DNA of 64,000 nucleotides from an uncultured Gammaproteobacteria bacterium (GTDB lineage: Bacteria > Pseudomonadota > Gammaproteobacteria > JAAEPA01), in the NCBI GenBank assembly GCA_963731655.1, contig CAVSWL010000019.1, positions 40,609 to 104,608 of the forward strand, read 5' to 3'. This document shows, one piece after another, positions 18,848-28,176 of the stretch (within the stretch, counting starts at the first letter, position 1; each line of letters starts with the position of its first letter). The notes beneath the pieces are model-generated. The model did no database searches. It was not told the origin of the DNA and saw only the letters and a program-made list of their open reading frames with translations. The translations under genes and the position numbers were made by a program.

Positions 18848-19531
18848 CTATATCTGTTCTAGCCGGTAACCATGCTGATAAATTGAAATCAACTGCCAAC
18901 CATTCTCAGGTTTAATATCCAGTTTACGCCGCAACCGGCTGATATGCGTGTCTACGGTACGGGTTATGATATTTGGTTTTTTCCCCCACACATTCTCCAG
19001 AATGTAGCTACGTGATAGGGCACGCCCGGAGTTCCGAAACAATAATAGCGCCAAGTCGAACTCTTTTTCAGTGAGCACTATTTTTGTACCATTGCATTCC
19101 ACCTGCCGCCGTGTGCCGTTCAGCGTATAGGGCGGATATTCGATCACGCTTCCCGTGTGTTGCGGAGCTCTGCCGCGTCGCATGATCACCTGTATCCGTG
19201 CCAACATCTCCCGCCGTTTGATGGGTTTAGGCATATAGTCATCGGCTCCCCGTTCCAACGCGGTCACGACATCACTTTCCTTATCACGGCGGGTGATGAA
19301 GAGTACCGGCATAGGCCAATCGATGTGTTCGCGCACCCAATCGAGCACTTCAAGGCCATCCAGTCCGGGAACGATCCAATCTAAAATGAGCAGGTCGAAA
19401 CTCGCATGCAATAAGCCTCTAATAGCCTCGTGTCCGTTACTAAAACACACCGTTTTATGGCCAGCCTCCATTAACCAGAGTTCAAGCAACTCAGCCTGGT
19501 CTGGATCATCTTCCAATAACGCTATTTGCAT
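18848..19531 (-). CDS. OmpR-family DNA-binding response regulator
   Basis: LEDD, LDWIVPG, GADDYMPKP; winged-helix LTEKEF...RTVDTHISRLRRKL. Confidence 0.93.
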   Translation of the reverse strand: MQIALLEDDPDQAELLELWLMEAGHKTVCFSNGHEAIRGLLHASFDLLILDWIVPGLDGLEVLDWVREHIDWPMPVLFITRRDKESDVVTALERGADDYMPKPIKRREMLARIQVIMRRGRAPQHTGSVIEYPPYTLNGTRRQVECNGTKIVLTEKEFDLALLLFRNSGRALSRSYILENVWGKKPNIITRTVDTHISRLRRKLDIKPENGWQLISIYQHGYRLEQI

Positions 19532-20061
19532 GGTCCGCTATTTACTATAACTGCATAGCTCGACATATGAGTCAACACACTCCTTAGTTGACAGTATAGT
19601 CAATAATTCTCGAATCGCACGTCGCCTGCGTAGTGACATCCTCTGCTTCTACCTGCAGAGTGAGCCTTTGGTTTGGAGTGTTCTAGTCCAGCGATATACG
19701 CAGGCGTCGTTTTCCTTAAACTTACCTACAGCTATAAATCATATCACGATCCGCTTTTATGCGGCTAATATTCCCAGAAGACGGCGTCGATAACAGATTT
19801 TAAAATGGTTTATCCTTGAGATACATAACGGTCTATCCCGACGATGGGTGCTTAGCAATGTGTCGTTGTGTTTTAATTTTATGTTTATCTATTAGGGTAG
19901 GAGTTAACTGCGAGGCCATATTTTGTATAAGAACTCACTGATGAAAGTATACTCTGCTACACCCTCGCTATATTCAGCCGATCTACGCAGCCAAATAGGC
20001 TTAGCAACACCGTCTACATAAGGCGAAACGAAGAACTAATTTCCTTCGAAGCGGATAACTC

Positions 20062-21276
20062 ATGGCAAAAACGTTGGTTGTTGGTACAGGTGAAGATTCA
20101 CCTGTACCATTTCTCCGAGGAATTCTCACTCGTTCATTGCAGGATGCCGGATTATCCTTCAATAAAGCTTACAAGATTTCCTCAGTCGTACGTGATGACT
20201 TGAACGACACGGATAAAATAGCAACTTTTGAGCTGCGTAAACGGGTAGCGGAGCGTGTGCGACAGAGTTACGGGGAAGCGGCGGCGAGCCGTTATTTGCG
20301 TATCAGCCAAATTTCTGCGCCCGTCATGGTCCGCTATGAGGATGGTGAGGTAACGCCTTTTTCCAGCGGCTATCATCGGCATTATCTGGAGGCAATCAGC
20401 CTGCCATACGAAGAAGCACTGGTAGTGACCCAGAGGCTAAATGAGCAGCTAAAGAGGGACCAAGTGAGAGAAGTGAGTGCGCAGGCTCTGGAAAGGCTCA
20501 CTTACCGTTTGCTCAGCAATGACAAGGAATTTGGTCCAGCAGTGGCTCGCCGTTATTTGCTGTGGACTCAGTTTCTGCGTAGTGGACGGCCGCTGATCCT
20601 CTTGCTGGGTGGAACCGCAGGCTGTGGCAAGAGCACGTTGGCTACCGAACTTGCCAATCGTCTCGAAATCGTGCGTAGCCAGTCCACTGATGGCCTTCGA
20701 GAAGTGATGCGCATGATGTTGCCCGAGCGCCTTCTGCCGGTGCTACACACCTCTTCGTTTACCGCGTGGCAAGCGCTTCCCGAGTGGGGACGGGAAACCG
20801 ATCATGATATGCTTCTGGCAGCAGGATACCGAACCCAGGCGGAACTTCTGGCCGTGCCTTGTGAGGCTGTGATCCAACGTACATTGAAGGAACGGGTATC
20901 CATGATTTTGGAGGGGGTGCATGTTCATCCGCTGCTATTGGACAGGATTGAACGTAATACCGGTGCCATCGTTGTGCCGATCATGATTGCGGTATTAAAA
21001 CCCAATCAGCTGCGTTCGCGTATCCGGGGTCGAGGTAACCAGTTGCCACGACGGAGCTCCAAGCGCTATTTAAGGTATTTTGACGCGATATGGCGCTTGC
21101 AGTCCTATCTCTTGTCTGAGGCTGACCGAGCAAAAATCGTGATTATCCCGAATGACGACAAAGAAAAAGCCATTCAGGAAATTATGCGAACCATCATCAG
21201 TCACCTCGCTCGTGAATTCTCAGGGAATCCCAATGAAATTTTTTCCAATACTGCAGGCGATTCTGAAACCGTGTAG
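20062..21276 (+). CDS. 2-phosphoglycerate-kinase-like P-loop kinase with two ATP-cone-like N-terminal repeats
   Basis: VPFLRGILTRSL and TPFSSG repeats, GGTAGCGKST, STDGLREVMR, LHTSSF, ILEGVH. Confidence 0.75.
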   Translation: MAKTLVVGTGEDSPVPFLRGILTRSLQDAGLSFNKAYKISSVVRDDLNDTDKIATFELRKRVAERVRQSYGEAAASRYLRISQISAPVMVRYEDGEVTPFSSGYHRHYLEAISLPYEEALVVTQRLNEQLKRDQVREVSAQALERLTYRLLSNDKEFGPAVARRYLLWTQFLRSGRPLILLLGGTAGCGKSTLATELANRLEIVRSQSTDGLREVMRMMLPERLLPVLHTSSFTAWQALPEWGRETDHDMLLAAGYRTQAELLAVPCEAVIQRTLKERVSMILEGVHVHPLLLDRIERNTGAIVVPIMIAVLKPNQLRSRIRGRGNQLPRRSSKRYLRYFDAIWRLQSYLLSEADRAKIVIIPNDDKEKAIQEIMRTIISHLAREFSGNPNEIFSNTAGDSETV

Positions 21277-21316
21277 CTTTGATTTGTAAGATAAGTTTCC
21301 TAAGTCCGGTAGGCAT

Positions 21317-22672
21317 TTAGGATTGGTGGTCTGCCGCACGTTCTGAGTGCTGCAAGCGTACCCTCTGCGGAGGAAACTGGCAGCTAAAGCTCGATCCGCG
21401 GCCGACTTCGCTGCTGATTCGAAGTTCCCCGCTGTGCCGATCAAGCACCTGTTTTACGATCGCAAGCCCCAGGCCGGTGCCGCCGGATTTTCGAGAACGC
21501 GCACGGTCAACCCGGTAAAAACGTTCGGTGAGCCGCGGAATATGCCGTGCGGCGATGCCTTTGCCTGTATCAGTGACGGTGCAGTGTGCACCAGCCTCGT
21601 TGGTATCCCACTGAATGTGGACCTTGGCGTGCGCTGGTGTATGTTGAACGGCATTAATAATCAGATTGGAAAACGCGCTGCGCAGTTCGTCATGATTGCC
21701 TGCTAGCCAAAGTTGTGGGTTAGCCTCAAGCGTCAAGTTATGGGCGGAGCTGCCACTCAAAGCGCGGGCTTCCTGGGTAATCGAGGCGAGCAACTTAGGA
21801 ACCGGCACAGGTTCGTCTGAAGGTGGGGATTGTTTCATCTGCAAGCGGGATAAGGTCAATAGCTCATCGATGATCCGTTTCATGCGCTGGGCTTGGCTTT
21901 CCATTAGTTCTACGGAGCGTGCCCAGTTGTGCAGCTCAGCTCCAGCCGCTGTTGGCCGCAAGTTCTCCAGAAAACCCATAATTACCGTCAGAGGTGTACG
22001 TAATTCGTGAGAAACATTGGCCACGAAGTCCTGCTGAGCTTGGTTAAGGAGGTAAATTTGAGTGACATCCCTGGCGACCAACAAGTGATGGTGCGCCTTG
22101 CCGAAGGGAGTGATGCGCAACGACAGTATTTTACTTTTATCGCCGGGCGCTGTGATTTCAATGGGTTGGCTGTAATCGCCTTTATCAAGATATTCTTCGA
22201 GTACGGGATGGCGAATGAGCTGGACTAAATACTGTCCCCTGGCTTTGGGCCAGGGCAATCCAAGCATGCGCCTGGCCGCCGGATTACTCCATTCGATGAC
22301 CCCATATTCACCTAGGATAAGCACGGCATCTTCCAGGGCACTAGCGGCTTCACGGAAACGAGAAAATTTAACTTTGCGTCTTTTAGCCTGTTGTAATCGC
22401 TGGACCTCGATAAACAATGGCTCCCATAAACCGCCAGGAAATGGAGGGCGAAGCGCTTCGCCGGCGGCTAGGTGGTAGGTTAAACGGAAACCCACTGAAA
22501 GGTGCCATCCCAGATAGCCGAGCGCAACGCCGCCGAAACCGGCGATTAACCAGCGATTCTCCAGTAGAACGCCGCTGATGCCTATCAAGAAGATAGCTGA
22601 TATCCGCCAAGACTCGCTGATTAGAGCCGGAGTGAGTCGGGAGCGGCGATGTTTTTTGAATGGTTCTCCCAC
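21317..22672 (-). CDS. phoR: Phosphate regulon sensor kinase PhoR (start uncertain)
   Basis: N-terminal TM, PAS (WSNPAA...LIRHP), FVANVSHELRTPLTV, HIPRLTERFYRVD, GGTGLGLAIVK. Confidence 0.9.
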   Translation of the reverse strand: MGEPFKKHRRSRLTPALISESWRISAIFLIGISGVLLENRWLIAGFGGVALGYLGWHLSVGFRLTYHLAAGEALRPPFPGGLWEPLFIEVQRLQQAKRRKVKFSRFREAASALEDAVLILGEYGVIEWSNPAARRMLGLPWPKARGQYLVQLIRHPVLEEYLDKGDYSQPIEITAPGDKSKILSLRITPFGKAHHHLLVARDVTQIYLLNQAQQDFVANVSHELRTPLTVIMGFLENLRPTAAGAELHNWARSVELMESQAQRMKRIIDELLTLSRLQMKQSPPSDEPVPVPKLLASITQEARALSGSSAHNLTLEANPQLWLAGNHDELRSAFSNLIINAVQHTPAHAKVHIQWDTNEAGAHCTVTDTGKGIAARHIPRLTERFYRVDRARSRKSGGTGLGLAIVKQVLDRHSGELRISSEVGRGSSFSCQFPPQRVRLQHSERAADHQS

Positions 22673-22785
22673 CGAAAGCGAATAGTTTTTGTCTGTATGA
22701 ATTCAAGTCGAGTGACGAAAAGTTTGATCGATGGTAGCGGATTGGTTAAAAGTGATGCAAGGATTAGGGAGATCCCGGGTGGATT

Positions 22786-23469
22786 TCACTGGGAGGAAAG
22801 GCGATAGTCTACGCTGCGAACGGTTTGAATCAAGCGTTCCAGTCCGAAGGGTTCCAAGGCTTTGCGCAGATGGCGGACATGAACATCGATGGTACGTTCT
22901 TCTACGTGGATTGTTTTATCCCAGATCGATTGAATCAGGTGGGTGCGGCTGTGTACTGTTTCAGGGTGAGTCATGAGAAACTTCAGCAAGCGAAATTCCG
23001 TAGGTCCCAGGCCGATCAAATGGCCATAGACGCTGACCCGACGAGTGACCGAATCGAGGCGTAACACATTAATTTATATGGAATTTAAGGGCGGCTTGGT
23101 GTTCGCACGACGTAACAGCGCGGCGATGCGCGCCACCAGTTCGCGCGGTGAGAAAGACTTAGTCATCTAATCATCGGCCCCGGCATTCAAGCCAGACTCT
23201 TTACTGTTTTCCTCCGAACCTGCGGTTAACATGATGATGGGAATATCCTGAACGAGTGTATCTTCTCGCAGCGAGTGTGTGAACTCCAGGCCCGGACACC
23301 CGGGTAACATCCAGTCCAACAGAATTAAATCGGGACGTTCTTTTTTAATGAGGGCTTGAGCCGTGTCCGCCTCTGTGTGTGCATATCCTGCCTCTGCGAG
23401 CGTCATCCCGATCATTTTCCGAATGGCAGGCTCATCCTCGACGATGGGTATTCTGGTAGGCGCACTCAT
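22786..23469 (-). pseudogene. phoB: phoB pseudogene with two in-frame stops
   Basis: REC half (PDLILLDWMLPG) and wHTH half (LGPTEFRLL...HVEERTIDVHVR) lie in one frame. TAG at 23167-23169 replaces the Y of GADDY, and TAA sits at 23074-23076. Confidence 0.9.
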
Positions 23470-23561
23470 GAGCAGTAACGGTTTCTCGGAACCTAAAAAA
23501 TTAGGGCAAAGGTTCGTTGTTCATCTGCACAGCAGAGCGCGAGTGGCAGCCATAGTTCACG

Positions 23562-24365
23562 TCATCCAAACCGTCCCTCGATATAGTTGGCGGTGTCTTC
23601 ATGGGTGGGGGCGACGAACATCTCGTCGGTGGCGGCATGCTCGATAACTTTGCCCATCAGCATGAAGATACATTCTTGGCTGGCGCGGCGTGCCTGGGCC
23701 ATGTTATGGGTTACGATCAAAATGGTATAGCGGCCACATAACTCCCAGATCAATTCTTCCACGGCTTCGGTTCCTTTGGGGTCCAATGCCGAGCAGGGTT
23801 CATCCATCAATAGGATATTGGGTTTAACGGGTAGCAACCGGGCAATACACAGTTTCTGCTGCTCCTCTAGGGAAAGACTGGTGGCTTTGCGTTTGAGCCG
23901 GTCTTTAACTTTGTCCCACAGCAGCACTTGTCGTAGCGAATTTTCAATAATCTCGTCCTGTTCACTCCGCGAGGCGCGTTTGCCCTCGGTGTCGAGTTTA
24001 TATCCGAACAACATATTATCGCGGATCGATAGAGGTAGAGGATTGGGGCGCTGAAAGACCATGCCAATCTGCTTGCGAACTTGTAGGAGTTCCACGTCTG
24101 AATCATAGATATTCTTATCGAACACCTTGATTGTACCCTGGATACGCACGGAGTCGAGACGCTCATTGATGCGGTTGATACTGCGCAAGAAGGTCGATTT
24201 GCCGCAACCGGAAGGACCGATGATCGAGGTGATTTTGCCCTGTTTGATATTGAGATCGATGTCGTATAGCGCTTGGAAGGTGTCATACCATAGATTCAAC
24301 TTTTCGGTATGGATGGCGCAGGGTTCGGTGTTGAGGGGTGGACTTAAGGGATATTTGGCATTCAT
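23562..24365 (-). CDS. pstB: Phosphate ABC transporter ATPase PstB (degenerate signature motif)
   Basis: GPSGCGKST, GMVFQRPNP, MDEPCSALDP, VTHNMAQA, YIEGRFG; signature reads LSLEEQQK. Confidence 0.92.
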   Translation of the reverse strand: MNAKYPLSPPLNTEPCAIHTEKLNLWYDTFQALYDIDLNIKQGKITSIIGPSGCGKSTFLRSINRINERLDSVRIQGTIKVFDKNIYDSDVELLQVRKQIGMVFQRPNPLPLSIRDNMLFGYKLDTEGKRASRSEQDEIIENSLRQVLLWDKVKDRLKRKATSLSLEEQQKLCIARLLPVKPNILLMDEPCSALDPKGTEAVEELIWELCGRYTILIVTHNMAQARRASQECIFMLMGKVIEHAATDEMFVAPTHEDTANYIEGRFG

Positions 24366-24409
24366 TAGTTAGGCCTATTTAGCCTAGCGGGTAACGGTTT
24401 GTCAAAGTC

Positions 24410-25174
24410 TTATCCGAATCGACCTTCCACGTAGTCGCGGGTGCGCGGATCGACGATCTGGCCATCGAAGATGGCTTCAGTCGATCCGATCTCGATGCAG
24501 CGACCATCGAGAAAAAAAGCGATGCGATCCGCCAAACGGCGGGCCTGCTGTACAAGGTTGGTCACTAGAATAATGGTCATGTCGGCGCTAAGCACTTTGA
24601 GTACTTCTTCGATTCGCATGGTGGTTACGGGATCAACGGCGATGGAAAATTCGTCGAGCATCAACACCTCTGGATTTTGCGATAGAGCACGCGCAATGGT
24701 AAGCCGCTGTTGTTGCCCGCCGGATAGCAGACTCCCGAGCGTGTGAAGCCGGTCTTTTACTTCGTCCCATAACGCGGCGCGCTGCAAGCACATTTCGATG
24801 ATCTGGTCCAATGTGGCTTTGTCTTTAATTCCTGCCAGGCGGGGTGCCAGCGCCACATTATCGTAAATGGATAAAGGCAGCCCTACCGGTAATGGGAAGA
24901 CCACGCCGATTCGCCGGCGAAATCCATAGACATTACGCAGTTGATGGATATTTCGGCCATTAAAAAAGATCTTACCCTCTACTCGCATATTTCGGTCAAA
25001 CGCATCCATCCGGTTGATGGCTTTGAGGAAGGAAGTTTTACCGGAATTTGCCGGGCCGATGATTCCGAATATCTCGTTTTTATGTATTTCTAGATCGATT
25101 CCGCTCAAAGCCGGCGTGCCGCCGTAACGGATCGTCAAGTTCTGAAATTTTAATTGGGCGAGGGTATCTGACAT
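24410..25174 (-). CDS. pstB: Second PstB ATPase (degenerate Q-loop, D-loop and H-switch)
   Basis: GPANSGKTS, VFPLP, intact LSGGQQQRL, LDEFSIAVDP, VTN, YVEGRFG. Confidence 0.9.
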   Translation of the reverse strand: MSDTLAQLKFQNLTIRYGGTPALSGIDLEIHKNEIFGIIGPANSGKTSFLKAINRMDAFDRNMRVEGKIFFNGRNIHQLRNVYGFRRRIGVVFPLPVGLPLSIYDNVALAPRLAGIKDKATLDQIIEMCLQRAALWDEVKDRLHTLGSLLSGGQQQRLTIARALSQNPEVLMLDEFSIAVDPVTTMRIEEVLKVLSADMTIILVTNLVQQARRLADRIAFFLDGRCIEIGSTEAIFDGQIVDPRTRDYVEGRFG

Positions 25175-25207
25175 CGCGGTTTTGGCTAAATAGAGGCTTC
25201 TTTTGAA

Positions 25208-26137
25208 TCACCACTTCTTCTTGGTGCGCAGGTACATGCGGAATGCGATGGATGCGCTATTCATGAACAGTACCAGGGTAATGAGCACCAAAGCTACCCC
25301 GAATGGTAGATTCTCAGGTACGCCTGGAACCTGGGTGGATACCACGAACAGGTGCAATGACAGCGCCATGGTTTGATCGAATAAGCCCTGGGGTAAAAAG
25401 GGGCTGAAGAACACCGCACCCGTGAACATAATCGGTGCCGTCTCCCCGGCCGTTCTCGAAACCTCTAAGATGATTCCGGTCAGTATGCCGCTAACGGCAT
25501 TTGGCAGCACGACCTTGCGGATGGTTTGCCAACGGGTGGCTCCCATGGCCCAGCAAGCCTCACGGAAGGACTGCGGAACAGCCTGTAGCGCTTCCTTGCT
25601 GGCTACGATTACCACCGGCATGGTCATGATGGCCAGGGTTAGGCTGGCGGCGAGTATGCTCGTGCCCATTCCGGCGAAGATCACGAATGCGCCCACACCG
25701 TGCAACGCATGAACGATAGAAGGTACACCCGCCAGATTAATAATGGCGAGATTGATTAGCCGCGTAAGCCAGTTGTCCGGCGCGAATTCACTCAAATATA
25801 TTGCCGCGGCGACTCCCAGTGGCACGGATATCAGCAATGCCACGGTGACTAGCCATACCGTGCCCAGCATGGCGGGGAAGATTCCGCCAGCCGTCATTCC
25901 ATTGGTCGGTTCTGTAAACAGGAAATCGATGGAAATTACAGGACCACCTTTGATCACCAAGGTGATCAAAATGATCAACACGGGCGCGACCAGCAGCAAG
26001 GTCATCAGCAGGAAGAGGAGGCGAAATAGGGTTTGAATCCGTTTGTTGTGGAGATTTGTTTCAGAGGGGGCAAACAAGGGATTATTTATTAAGGCGGCAT
26101 TTTGTAATGCATTGCTTGATGTAGCGCTATCCATCAT
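25208..26137 (-). CDS. pstA: Phosphate ABC permease PstA
   Basis: NLAGVPSIV, EAA loop (REACWAMGATRWQ) and GETAP. Confidence 0.93.
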   Translation of the reverse strand: MMDSATSSNALQNAALINNPLFAPSETNLHNKRIQTLFRLLFLLMTLLLVAPVLIILITLVIKGGPVISIDFLFTEPTNGMTAGGIFPAMLGTVWLVTVALLISVPLGVAAAIYLSEFAPDNWLTRLINLAIINLAGVPSIVHALHGVGAFVIFAGMGTSILAASLTLAIMTMPVVIVASKEALQAVPQSFREACWAMGATRWQTIRKVVLPNAVSGILTGIILEVSRTAGETAPIMFTGAVFFSPFLPQGLFDQTMALSLHLFVVSTQVPGVPENLPFGVALVLITLVLFMNSASIAFRMYLRTKKKW

Positions 26138-26141
26138 AGAG

Positions 26142-27086
26142 TTACTCCCTACGGATACCCTTTACAATCAGGTCTGCGCATAGATTGATCAGGAAAGTAA
26201 TCATGAATAAAAAGATACCGATAGTGAATAACGCGCCATAATGGTCCGAACCCACGGCGGTTTCACCGAGCTCGGCGGCAATTGTGGCCGTTAGGGCACG
26301 CACTGAATCGAATATACTGCTGGGAATGTTTATCGAATGCCCGGTGGCCATCAGCACGGCCATCGTCTCACCAAATGCCCGCCCCACGCCCAACAAAATA
26401 CCGCCGAGCAAGCCATTCTTGGCCGCCGGAATGACTACTTTGAAAGTAACCTGCCAGCGGGTGGCCCCTAAGGCTTCGGCGGCTTCCCGAAAAGACTCAG
26501 GCACCGCTTTTAAGGAGTCTTCCGCGATGGAGACCATGATCGGCGCCGCCATAAGCCCAAGGATTATACCGGCATTGAGCACATTCAGACCGACCGGGAC
26601 ATCGAACCAATAGATGATCAAGGGATTCATGATCGTCAAACCGATAAATCCCCAAACTACTGAAGGAATCGCGGCGAGCAATTCGACCAGAATTTTTAAT
26701 GACTCCTTGATCTTTCCGGTAGCAAACTCGGAAATGTAGATCGCCGCACCGAGAGAAAAGGGAACGGCGACGGCCATGGCCAGGGTCGTGACGCTGGCTG
26801 TGCCGGCGATTAGCGCCAGTATGCCATAGGTGGGATGGTACTCAGACGTGGGACGCCAACGGGGCGAAAGAAAAAAATCGTGAATATCTAAGGTATTGAC
26901 GATGAAGGCCAAACCCTGTTCAAAGACGAAAAATACAATGCTGAGAATAAACAAAATCGCCGATATCCCAGCAAGAAATAATATGAACTGGATAATCTTG
27001 TCGACGTACCAATCTACGGTGCGTTTATCGAATTCGGCATCGGCCTGCGTTGTCGCACGGGTTGCTTGATTTAGAAATCGAGCCAT
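26142..27086 (-). CDS. pstC: Phosphate ABC permease PstC
   Basis: ELLAAIPSVVWG, REAAEALGATRWQ, GRAFGETMAV. Start 27086 chosen because it avoids overlap with phoU. Confidence 0.93.
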   Translation of the reverse strand: MARFLNQATRATTQADAEFDKRTVDWYVDKIIQFILFLAGISAILFILSIVFFVFEQGLAFIVNTLDIHDFFLSPRWRPTSEYHPTYGILALIAGTASVTTLAMAVAVPFSLGAAIYISEFATGKIKESLKILVELLAAIPSVVWGFIGLTIMNPLIIYWFDVPVGLNVLNAGIILGLMAAPIMVSIAEDSLKAVPESFREAAEALGATRWQVTFKVVIPAAKNGLLGGILLGVGRAFGETMAVLMATGHSINIPSSIFDSVRALTATIAAELGETAVGSDHYGALFTIGIFLFMITFLINLCADLIVKGIRRE

Positions 27087-27090
27087 CGTG

Positions 27091-28176
27091 TTAGTTACCT
27101 TCATCGCCACGAAGGGTATCCATCAAGTCGCGTACTTGAAGAGCAATTTCGCGATACATCTCTTCGAACCGTTGATTGAGTTCTTTGGGATCGAGGCTAT
27201 CGACTAAGCTTCCCACATCCCATTCGAGAGCCACGGTGTGGAACGGGATCGTTTTGATATAGGATTTTACGGGACCCTGGAGACTGACAATAACATGGAA
27301 AGCAGCTAGTTCTTCGGTCACGAAATCGAATTTCTTCGGGCGCTGCTCGGTTAGGCCCACGCCGTGCTTTTCTAAGAATGTTACGACACGAGGATCGATT
27401 TCCGAGGAGGGTTGGCGGCCAGCGCTGACGTACCGGCCTTGGCGAGGAAACATTTTGCGAACGATGGCTTCGGCCATCTGGCTTTGCCCGGCATTGTTCT
27501 CGTCAAGAAATAAAATATGATAGATCTTTGGAGGTTTAGTTTCACCGGTCACGGCGAATACCGTATCCTCACAAATGTTTCTGGCTTGGTCGGAGATCCT
27601 TCCCAAATAGCTGAAAATGACCAGCATCCCGAACAGATCTTTGATGTTCTCTTGACCATTCTTGGATAATAAATCCGCGTAGATGGTCTCGAAGGTGCGC
27701 TCGGTTTGAACCGTCAGAGATTTGGTCGCCTTCGCCTTTTCGGCGTTACCCTCGTGGAAGGCTTGCATGGCCAAGTCGAACACGTGGCGCGCTTCTTCGG
27801 CTATCAGGCTCACCTCCCGTACCAGTGAATCCTGGGGAGGATGGGAAAGCTGTACCGCTTGCCGGCACAAGGTTACTGCGTAATCTCCAATCCGTTCTAA
27901 AGCAATGTTGATCCGCATGACCGAGGAGATGAGGCGAAGCGGTCCGGCAGTGGGTAGATGGACGGCCAAAAAGGCGTTACATAGTTTCTCAGTTTGGCGT
28001 ACGTAACGGTTAATGGGCAAGTCGTGAAGAATTGTGCGATAAGCCAGCGTATGATTTCCGGTCACAAGGGCGTGCACCGCGTTTTCTACCGCATCCTGAA
28101 CGTCCTTGGCCAGTGCTTCTATGCGATCTTTAATGCGAGTAAGGTCCTGCTCCAGGCGTTTTTCGTAATGGCTCAT
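27091..28176 (-). CDS. phoU: PhoU fused to a C-terminal ArsC/LMW-PTP-like domain lacking the catalytic CX5R
   Basis: Two PhoU repeats (LERIGDYA; LGRISDQARNICE), then ILFLDENNAGQSQMAEA...SAG. Confidence 0.85.
   Translation of the reverse strand: MSHYEKRLEQDLTRIKDRIEALAKDVQDAVENAVHALVTGNHTLAYRTILHDLPINRYVRQTEKLCNAFLAVHLPTAGPLRLISSVMRINIALERIGDYAVTLCRQAVQLSHPPQDSLVREVSLIAEEARHVFDLAMQAFHEGNAEKAKATKSLTVQTERTFETIYADLLSKNGQENIKDLFGMLVIFSYLGRISDQARNICEDTVFAVTGETKPPKIYHILFLDENNAGQSQMAEAIVRKMFPRQGRYVSAGRQPSSEIDPRVVTFLEKHGVGLTEQRPKKFDFVTEELAAFHVIVSLQGPVKSYIKTIPFHTVALEWDVGSLVDSLDPKELNQRFEEMYREIALQVRDLMDTLRGDEGN

Noticed and set aside
18750-18899. Extended N-terminus of the OmpA protein in the ORF track
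   Set aside because: Overlaps the response regulator's 3' end; ATG 18749 is more plausible.
19861-19888. Possible Pho boxes upstream of the 2PGK-like gene
   Set aside because: Only a loose 11-bp pattern in T-rich DNA; too weak to call.
23167-23169. TAG in phoB as pyrrolysine or readthrough recoding
   Set aside because: A second in-frame TAA and other eroded motifs indicate plain decay.
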